A DNA stretch of 64,000 bases from assembly GCA_020696385.1 (NCBI GenBank), contig JAEHCQ010000006.1, positions 108,455 through 172,454 on the forward strand. Direction: 5' to 3'. Below, one piece after another: positions 43,501 through 52,800 of the stretch. The translations under genes and the position numbers were made by a program. Source of the stretch: Methanobacteriota archaeon (GTDB taxonomy: Archaea; Thermoplasmatota; Thermoplasmata; SG8-5; JAGLSY01). The notes under the pieces are model-generated. The model was not told the DNA's origin. It saw only the letters and a program-made list of their open reading frames with translations, and ran no database searches. Every line of letters starts with the position of its first letter. Position 1 is the stretch's first letter.

Positions 43501-43545
43501 AATCATAGAAACCACTGTTGATAATTTCTTGTTTTCATTGCCCAA
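37567..43545 (-). CDS. Large secreted S8 subtilase with propeptide, Asp-box region, Ig/FN3-like domains and duplicated GW..V..P C-terminal domain
   Basis: Signal peptide; QDSGID, HGTHVTG, AAGNDG, GTSMACP intact; SSDGGxTW boxes; GDWIFVSFP / GWNLVGYP..GEAYWV. Confidence 0.92.
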   Translation of the reverse strand: MGNENKKLSTVVSMIVVISMVSMSWSILASNLGDNSVDAVESTDFVLVTFDTPEQARELQDSGTEIVSLNEWGAYVKVTNSQRGALSNRMSVVDLQERTQMKFLEQDISFNTETGYNVPARFQNTGTQNYIVQFVTPGNQVWFDGIESNTGGIRRYINDNAVVAKMNSAEKANVENLDYVQWVGPYEPAFKVDAKLNGKVGTIQMTINPFPGISAAQIMNELSSLGAWDVTDTNYGDVLCTVDASLIADVAQLESVDQVWYLPEMKLLNNVGGRISQAWDLWDRDISNLPQDIAGQGQIVHVQDSGIDSTHADFIQGPLGDRLENPDSTSDAEYHGTHVTGTVAGDGGMMEEYLGLSSTDRLYNELAATNPAGRPDRAGFAGRAPEATIYFRAGLVSTEWSSGYTFGARIFTNSWGPATMSSGYDQTADNFMESNANSIVLFAAGNDGPRTLTASGSGNGKLAVSVGAAENMRAIDFDSSDNYGQMASFSSRGPAGPGDDRIKPDIVESGTAVYSVKSDDTAEAELPGLYDLITIMDEDGDGIGDYASLQGTSMACPAAAGDTALIRDYLVDVVGITPHGNLLKTLLIHGAVDMGHGYPSNDQGWGRVNVRNSICPPAPNTLQWYHSSGTTGTTDDSTMGFDMVVTDESVPLKITFSHWDTTSAGALSTDYDLVVTAPDGTRYEGNAFKEGKSTPVPTAGDWSNAAYPTWMGGASYDFDTADDGGDDINNVEVFTIAEPRVGTWDIDIILKAGAAFPWSIAMTGGMNTASDVNAGDNVYKVSMNLDTPRVVPETDGYGEGVFKCAPSGSVIVPYWINNGGSTADSYTITSSVPGGFTAAYFPASGLSVGVNERVHGYARINVGAVAAGTYTVTLTATSNNDASAPIAQSTIAFQVDVVTEKTPTQWKIADAPVHEDAPAFTSWESGGNDYVACTYRQDENFGDKAYFTLSSDGGLTWSTPIPISQDSWTPGYLGIARASNGPNAGRIAIAYNAWNPDGYGGSTADTRCSYIKVNYADFPYTSWTESDAYALGEGVEGGGRDTYRTVNIVWYPNGEQFYLVVEDFGYSGTDLMTATQVSISTTGKSSSDGGATWSAFTQIDPGVASMFYFFPHAYTDLAGNIALWYYERDSGDAAQDRDATFQYYDGSWSAVRMALDSPDNMMFPQGVAANQGASNNRQYGAYLKGANTDGDRSVVVMYSDDNGVSFENNGNAGYGPYGPVASDHDYGTRFLLDLDYTADDYIYVFMHRNIRYDPYGQTNMLMFYDDDYTGGAATKIQYLTLDSFVKGKQRSASWENSNTVLIAQNQFTKEGGHDIIAMHVYNGWESATDTVGPITEYVSTDKVLCIPGDTVVVVGNVHEWTTGGSNVADAQYKTDVNPTPVGMDTMDGSFNSPAEAVESTTSIDTTGWAGGWHKIWVQGMDAANNWGAWAETQIFIDSPRRPYEPMNPDPFDGELDVAVSKAFSVDVSDYESDSMDVVFYWDSGTPFATVNGVASGATATTGAIGLTSATVYNWYAIATDGTGSTQSVTWTFTTVDTTPPTPVTGLTVVQDGPAGSMTTEQRFFRGVANEVTVNSLTAYSLGTTQSSTTIETPSLGNWQPVYGGIRVYQRNSAGVQTQLTTAVSAVGGGTTTGLHSGTWTPPLTILDAGDSIVVELYAAATNPPGTLRATFTTEVLGATQLDASQWTVSYDCTVSGGGQGGSHLDWGSAAANSNIAGFSWSIAGNPADHNTISWTDSVSPDTMSYNIYRSGDANPGGPWSLIGSVPYGTTSYVDMGRGQADATLWWYVVRAVDTSSNEDTNTNEVQEPGGAPAVPYDIDTGGAGAGDWIFVSFPITASGDVLTVLDDANWGNGDTTWEIITWYNPIEVDHWKTYDKAQAAAGITQDMPSVSNAMGMWVKLTTAGALLSVGDGYEPTSTDITLSSGWNLVGYPAQDDSTYDVGDLKLATGASMVEGYGAGPYDIVTLADNYVLQRGEAYWVYVAVGGTWTVNW

Positions 43546-43879
43546 TTTACATTCCTCCTTCCTTATATCTTATTTTAGAAGCAAAGATTTCTCCTCTTTT
43601 CCTCACTTGTTTCAGTTTGTTTAAAATCTAAGCTGTTGCTATATCCTATGATGTTTGTATTATATAAAATATTCGCAATATACTGTATGTTTAATTAGTA
43701 TAAATATTATTATTAATAGGTAATAGTTGTGACAAGCTATATATTTTATTCAAAACTTCTTGATAAAGTTTTAGATTATCTGTTTGTTATCGGGGATATG
43801 CAAATTTATATAAAGGTCTAAACAATAAACATCCGTAAGACCTCTCATATCGAGAGGAATCGAGGACGGAGGATTGTAA

Positions 43880-46800
43880 ATGCCAGTTGATAAGACAGTT
43901 AAGACAATAAGTTTACTGTTAGTTATGGCTCTTGTGCTAGGTCCATTGGGCGGCGTAAGTGTCAAAGAAAGCTATAATGGAGTTTTAAACCCATCTACCC
44001 CAGATTCAGGTGATATTACAGATGCACCCGACATCTTAAATAAGGATATTGCAGGCAAGAATCTGCCCAATACCCAAGCATCTTCGAAGCGTACGAACTT
44101 TGGAGATCTTACTGAGATGAATGGTGTGTATTCCACCAGTGGGATCAAGCCATCCCAGGCAGCCTGGGGTAATTGGAGTTACAGAGATGCCCATAATGTT
44201 CCAATGGTTGCGAACATGGGCTATGAGGGTGCAGGTGTATCTGTGGCTCTCGTTGATACCGGAATTGATTTCGGTAATATCAATCTGGCAGACAAGTACA
44301 TGACCGTGGATGACCCCACGTCACCGTATTATGGCTGGCCAATGGCATTTGATCCTTTGGCATTGTCATCTTACTTACAAGCTAAAGAGGTCCGAGTAGG
44401 GAATGGATGGTACGCAAATACATCCATAAATGGAACTGGTCCATTTGATGTTAACCATGAAATAAAGGTTGATGGAAAGAATGATTTCTCCCAAACAGAA
44501 TTGGTTGGTAAGGACAGATATTCAGATGTCAGAGTTAATGGAACTTCTACGAAAGCAGAGTTCGATCTGAATGAATTATTCATTACAAGAGATGATACAT
44601 ATTGGTATGGTGGTGTCAATACTCGATATGCTGAAATGAACAGAACTTTTGGATTTGCCCTTGACTTTGATGGGGCTGCGAGTGGTGGATTGACCGATCC
44701 TCGTGGTAATTACCTCCATTTCAAAGCATCACATTCTGCACCTGTCGAACAAGTAGCATACAGTCCAGATAATAACCTCATTGCCTCCTGTGCTGCATCT
44801 GGTACTACTGATGCGCCAACATCATCTTACAGCGTAAATTCTGTAAAGATCTGGGGTGTAGATGGTAGCCTCATTGAGACTCTACCAAGTGAGGTGAGCA
44901 ATGTCTTCACAATAGCATGGTCTTCGGATGGTAGCTATTTGGCATATCAGACATTGAAAGAGGTTATTGTCTATGAAACATCTGGCTGGACAGAAGTGTG
45001 GAGAGTGGAAACCATATCCGAATCAGACGGATATAGAGAATCCATGACCTTCAGTCCTGATAACTCGATATTATACTTCGGAATGAAGCTACCAAGATTA
45101 GGTTTCTTGTTCATGAACAATGGGACTCACATGGCTAAAAGCATAGGTGGAAAGGCTTTTTCATTGGCTTTCAATCCGATATCTGGAGATAAGATCGCCG
45201 TCGGTCTTGGGGATGGATACGCAAAGATTCTTGATAGCACCTTCCCATACTCTGAGATATTACAATTCAAAGACCCTATCTTAAGCAGTAATATTGAAAC
45301 TGTCGCATGGAGCCCAGATGAGACCAAGATCATCACTGGCATAGGCAGCTTAGGTACAAGTATCATGCAGATATGGGATGCAAGTACTGGGGCTTGGATA
45401 GCCAATATTACCGGTGGGCATGACCCCGACTCAACTGTAAATACAATAAAATGGCTAAGCACAGGTGAGATCATCACAGGAGCAGATGATGGTAATATGA
45501 TTGTATGGGATGATACTACTTATAGCATTATTGACACAAAGGTTAGTATAAATAATGAACCAATATACTCTTTTGATATCAATGACGTCACTGGTGAATA
45601 TTTCCTAGGTACAGCGGACTGTCTTGTTACAAAATTCAGCAGTGATTGGGGTACAACAACGCCATTTGCAGCCCAGAGACCTGATGTCATGATATATATT
45701 GATTATGAGAGAGAATACTATACCTTCGGAGCCGATGGGCAGAAGTTGACGACCCGCGATCAGATATTCAATCCTGATGTTTATAAATGGGATGAATCTT
45801 CCTCCTCATGGGAATCCACCAACCTTTCTGCAATTGGAGGAGAATACATTTACAAAGGATCTTTGGCAGGAGAGTTCACAGAGGTTGGCTTTGTCGAATG
45901 GAGCATACCAAGGAACTACAGTGATTGGCCAGGATCAAATGACCTGTATGTCAGTTCATTTATCTGTGATTGGGAACCATCCCGACCACAGGATACTATC
46001 CCAATGGATTGTAATGTCCCGTCACCTCCAACTTCTGTTTGGGTGGATTTCACAAATACTGAGCCCGTAGGTATCAGTGCATGGGGACATTCATACATTC
46101 CTAAGACAACTGTCGATCACGCTAAAGTTACTAGTGTGAGCCCAGATGATACTTATCACTTTGGATACCACCCAAGTAAGTCACTTACAAAAATGCTGGG
46201 TCCTGTATCTATCCTGGTTGTAGAATCAACAACATTAGGAGAATGGGATCAGGTATACATTGATATGAATACAGATTATATAATTGATGACAACGACATT
46301 GTTGTCGATATCAATAATCCTCTGGCAGTATGGGATGCCTGGAATGGCAGCCAGCCTGGTTCAGATGGATACCCTGACATATCTGGTGGTCTTCTTTACT
46401 TTATTGCAAATGGAACCAATAAATTACCGTATTCTGACAGAATGGGAGAGCTATTAGAGCTCACATGGAATGAAGACAGCCCAATGCCGATACCAGGTAA
46501 TGGAGAACTTGTCGCTTTCTATGGTGAATTCGATTATGATGATCTAAATGGAGAAATAGTAACACATGGAACACAGATGGCGTCAGTTATCGCATCTGAA
46601 GGAGTAATCAATGGACAGAATGGACCTATCGAGGGTGTAAGCCCAGATATCAAATTCCTTCCAATGTGTAATGCCCAGTATGATCTTGAGAATTCCCTGT
46701 ACTTTGCAGTAGAGGGATATGATGGTATACCAAACACTGGTGATGAAGCAAACATAGTATCAACGGGCCAGTATTCATCTGGCTATGACAATGGTTTGGA

Positions 46801-49800
46801 TTCAACTTCAAGTGTTATTGAATCACTTGTAAACTATACCAACTCAAATGTTACTTTCATTGCCCCATCTGGAAATGATGGAAGTGGCTATGGAACTATA
46901 GCCTCACCTTGCGGACCAAGCACTCTTGTTGTTGGTTTTGCTGAGGACAATACATTTGTTTCTGGCGGAGGAGATGTTCATCATTATGGATCAGTTGGAG
47001 AAGCATCATCACGAGGGCCAACTGCTACTGGTCTGATTAAACCGGACATCATAGCTCTTGGCAGTGGTGAAACCGATATGCCTATTGGTTTCAGTGGATC
47101 ATTTATTGGTACAGATGGATCAAAGGAGTTCTGGACGTGGACATCATCAAGTGAGTTTGCAACCGCAACTGCAACTGGCGTGATGGCTCTTATATACCAA
47201 GCTTACGAAGATACCTATGGAAATTACCCAACTATTGAGACCGCCATGAGCCTGATTAAATCATCCGGTAGGGATCTTGGACACGATCCGTACACACAGG
47301 GAAGTGGATTCATTGATGCTTATACCGCAATACTGGCTGCAACAGGAGCTACAGGTTTGACAATGGATGTTCCGGATTCAACATTTGGAGATTCATATGG
47401 GTCAAGCTACACAGGATTCATAGATGTTATGGATCGCGGAGATTCCGCTGAATTGTCTATAGACATCGAGAACCTTGGAAGTGGCACAGAGGATGTTGTA
47501 TACTCTATGGAATATCTTAGAAGAATAGATGTCTCTGAGTTTAATATCACAATGGCAACAGGAACTTCTGAATTTGAAGGTGAATTGTCTAGTTACATAC
47601 CATTGGAAGCCCAGGTCATTAAAGTTGTTGCTCAAACACCATATGTCGGGTTCAGCATAGGATATGGAGATTATTCAATAACACTATGGGATTGGGAAGA
47701 TGCCCAGGGCCCAGGTGAGACAAATTATGGTATTATAGATGATTCTGATGACATAAGCTATCTCATATCCACTCATCAAGAATCGGTTAACTCACTTGTT
47801 TGTACCTATGCATTACCCTATGGAGGACTTGCAGGTAAGCTTATTATGGATATTATCCCATCAAATGATGTCGGAGCTCTTTTAGATAGGAACTGGACAA
47901 TAACTGTAGAATCCTTTGCACTTGGAGAATGGGACTGGTTGGAGATGTCTAAATCAACCGATGCAATACCTACTGGTGGCACAAGCACATTGGATCTTAC
48001 CATGACTATTCCGGACAATGCATTGCCTGGAACATATGGAGCATCTATAGTTGCATCATATGATGAAATAGCAGGTAGTTTCAATGATGTGTATGGCCCG
48101 ACCTTAGAAGGAGATACAAGCTACTTGGATGTTGATCTTGATACAACACATTGGGATGATGGAGCTATTGGTAACTACTGGGATGATTATGGCGGAGCGG
48201 GAACATATGCTCTACCTGATGGAGACAATGCAGATAGGTTCCCACAGATGACACCATTTAGATCCACATACACAGCCCATAATCCGATTGCGATAAATGG
48301 CAATGGAGGTTTCTCTTCTGTTGCAAACAGTGGAGCTGGAACTGCCATGAACCCATGGGTCATAGAAGGCTATGAGATCGATGGAACAGCTTTCTCACAG
48401 GCAGGTATCAGTATCGAGAACACGGATGCCTATTTCATCGTCAGAAACTGTTACATCCACGATGCACAGGGCAGTGCAGGAGTATACCTTGATAATGTTG
48501 AGAATGGTGCATTCATAAGCAATAATGTATCAGCCAATGCCCAGCAAGGTTTCTATGTCACTAATTCCGACAATTTGTATATAGCAGATAATGATATCAT
48601 GGATAATTTAGCAGATGGAATAGACCTGAGTGTATCTGAATATGTCACTATTGCTTACAATGATATATTCAATAATGCAGGTAATGGCTTTGCATCAATT
48701 GCTATAAATATGAATGATGATAATTATTGTAATATTATAGGTAACTATATGGTAGGTAGACCACTGGATGCTGGCTTTGGATGTACCCTTGGCTTGTATA
48801 CATCACACTACAATGTGATCTCGGGCAATAACATGACTGACGAAGACCAGCTAATTGATGCATGGAGTGCTACCAACAATGAGGTCACTTACAACACCTT
48901 TGTAAGGGCAAATGAATTCACAGCTGTGGCATTCTGGACAGCCGCATCAAACAACAATGATATACACCACAATGCATTCTACGACATTGACATATCTGGC
49001 TGGCCTAATGCAGAAGCTTATGATGATGATGCATCAAACAACTGGGATGATGGAGCTGAAGGAAACTTCTGGGACATCTACACAGGCCCAGATGCAGATG
49101 TTAACGGAATTGTGGATGCACCATTTGCAATTGGTGGAGGTGTTAACCAGGATAATTTCCCATTGGTCACACCAAACACAGATATGCAAGGTTATCTACC
49201 TGCACATGCACCGATAGTCATCGATGGTGATGCAGACTTTACAGCACCAAACGGCGTGGTTAGCGGAACTGGAACCTCAGCAGACCCATACATTATCGAA
49301 GGGTGGTCAATAGTCGGGCCTGGAAACGCGATTCAAATAATGAACACAACTGAGTACTACGTTATCAAGAACTGTCAGCTGATTGGCAATGGAACTGACT
49401 TCGGTATCTTCATCACAAACTCAACAAATGGAGTAGTGAGGTTCAATGATATATCTGGATTCAATGCTGGAATCGGCATAGGATCCACAGACATATCTGT
49501 GTCCCACAATATGTTATACTCTAACATAGTAGGTGTAACATTGGGAATGTCCACAGATGTCACATTGGAACACAATGTTGTAGATGCTGGTATGTTTGGA
49601 TTCTATGTGTCTATGTCTGAGGACTGCTATATTATGAACAATGATATCAGTGGTAGCGCAGTTTATGGGATACAGCTGAACAGTTCAAGCGGTATCAACT
49701 ATGTGTACTACAACAATCTGATGTCAAACACAGGCCAGGCTTTCGATGATACACTTGGAGACACAGTAGATGACTTCGAGCTATTCGCAGCCCATGGTGT

Positions 49801-52800
49801 TCCAGCAGACCTCATTGATGTATATGATGTGGCCTGGTGCAATATCTCAGTTGATGGTGTTCCTCTTGTGGTGGATATTGATTACACATTGGATATCGAC
49901 ACTGGTTATATCATGTTCACACCAACTTTGAACGGTCTCCCAGGTGGCTCGAATGTTCTCATTGATGCCAATCTAATATACACTGAATCAATACCAACTG
50001 GCTTCAGTCTGGATGACAAGAGATTGGTCGATGCAAGTGCTGTTGTGGATATATACCACAAGAGATTGAATGGAACAATGGAACAGATCGCAGATAGCCA
50101 GATAAATGTGAACTACGCTGTAGGGACTGTTGCATTGAACTATTCTGCAAATCTTGAACTTGGTCTGTATATATTCGCAAACTACACATATTACAACAGA
50201 ACTGTAATGCAGTCATTCTCTGTGAATGTGCAACCTCAGATAACAGATACAGGATCATTCACATATGGAGATTCAAATTCCACTGAAGAACCTGGCGTCA
50301 TGCCAACATGGGGTATGAGACCAGGACAGGGCTCAACACTACAGAGTGGTGATAGAAGATACTTCCACCTGTATGTACCTGCACAGGGATTGTATGCAAC
50401 ATCACAATTGGACGACTATTATCTGTTCAATGAGTTGTCATGGGGTATGAATGCCACTGATCTCAACTTTGTGATATATGGAAAGGGTGACGCCGGTATC
50501 ATGCCAAGTGCAGCACCTTACTACGCATCTTCACTCGGTGCTAGTGAAGAAAAGGCTGACTTCAGCTTCTTTACTGCAACAGAGGGTCCGAAAGAAGTTC
50601 TTGTTACACCATTCGCAAATGAGATAATAACGATCGTGGTATCTGCAAAGAGCTTTAATGGAACTGGAGACTCGGTCGAGATGCTTGAAGGAAGCAGTGG
50701 ATGGCTGAAACTTAGTAGCAAGAATCCAAAGACATGGACAGATAATCAGGTAGGTCACATGAATGTTTCAATGTTCTCCAACCTTAACCTGGACTCTGGT
50801 ATCTATGCATCTATTGTGGGCCCTGCTCAGGGGCAGAGAACAACAGAGGATGTGTATGTGGATGACCTTTCCAATGATGATGGAACAATGGAGGGTTGGC
50901 TTACACTTTTGACATCTGGTGCATACACAAAGGTTGTCACAGTGGAAAATGCTCTTAGCTGGGATGTTCATATATGGGGTGACCCAACATGTCCTGATCT
51001 TGATCTGGCTGTGTTCCTGGATGGACTTAATGGCCAGCCAAAAGATGGTGAAGCTCAATGGCAGGAAATAATTACGAAGAATGATATTGAGTTCGATGCT
51101 TATGCTAGTTTATATGGGACTGGATCCTATGCATATTGTGCAGACATGGATGCGGATGAGGCTCTGAAATTCATAAGCCCGCCAGATGGTGATTATATCA
51201 TCAAGGTTCTTGGATACACCGTCATGGGAAATCCAAGTCACTTCGATCTTGAATTGAAGACCATCTTCTCTGGTGTAGAAGGATATAAGATCATGCCTAA
51301 TGAAGCAGAATTTGCTGATGAGGACACAACAAGTAATGGATACCTCAATGAAACATCAATACCATCATTCACAGAAAGATCATTCAGTGTTCTTTGGAAC
51401 TTCCCAGAGGGAACTGTGGATAATGTATATGGTGGAATCTACGTGCTTGGAATTCCAGAAGCGAACAAGCTCATTGTGATATCCACTGATATCTCACTTG
51501 ACAGGGAAGCTCCTACCATAATACCACAATATACTGGACCAGGTACGATTACTAGCTCAAGAACTCCTTTGATATCTGCGAATATAATTGATACTGAAGT
51601 GGGGGAGATAGATCCGATTGGTGTGACAGTTCTCTTTGATGGAGTTGATGTTACAACAACCTCTTTGGTCTTGGTATCCGAAACAGAATCATCAGGAGCA
51701 CTGGGTTATTGGAATGGTGCAGTCTCATACACACCAGCTAATCCACTGAGTGACGGTGGACACATGATATCCATTGCATCAAAGGATTTCACAGGTAATG
51801 AAGCAGTCATGGAATGGGCTTTCACTGTTGATACATTGGCACCGGCTTTATCTTTGAATTCAGCTAATTATCTACATGTGACAGATGACACATACACAAT
51901 AACTGGAACCAGTGAGCCTGATGCGAATGTCAAGATCATGATGGGTGCAGAATCTTATGATGTGGAAATTAAAGCAGACGGAAGCTTCTCTCAAATGATA
52001 TCATTAGATGTAAACAGAGGAACCGAGGTAGTTATTGAGGCTCGAGACATGGCCGACAATATAGCCCGCGAGAATCTGTTAATTGTCTATGACACAGATC
52101 TTTCAGCAGTATCATCACTTCAGAGTAGCAATGGATACATTACAAACAAAGACTACACAATTCTCACAGGTAGTGTTGATGAGCCAGGCGAGCTCAAGAT
52201 CAATGGAATGACAGTTGAGATAAACAGTGTCGGTACCTTCAGTGATGTTATAGATCTCGTCGAGGGATCCAATGTCATTGAGATCTCTATGACAGACTTG
52301 GCAGGAAATGTTCTTGTGGATTGGGTAAACGTAACAAAGGACACTGTTGCACCCATAATTGATATCGAGATCCCTGACATGGTCACTGATGGAATAATCA
52401 ACATATCTGGAAAGGTCCTTGCAGGCTACTCGGTCAAGGTAAATGGAAAGATACCATCTACTGATTCCACCAGAGACGGTGATATTGACTTTACGAAATC
52501 CCTGGTTCTTAGCTATGGATTGAACACAATTGTCATCGAAGCGAAGGATGATGCTGGGAATGTCATGGAATTCAGGCACACGATAGATTATACATCAGAG
52601 GATGCAGGAACTAACTATGCAGCAATTGGAATGATGATCGTATTACTGGTCGTTGGACTGGTTGTTGGATTATTGGTTGCTATGGCCATCTGGAAAGAGA
52701 GACCTTATGATGAAGATGTGCCATCGGATGATGAACCTGAAGAGCTTGTCGAAGATGAAGAAGTTGTCGAAGAAGAGATCATGGATGAAGAGGCATATGG

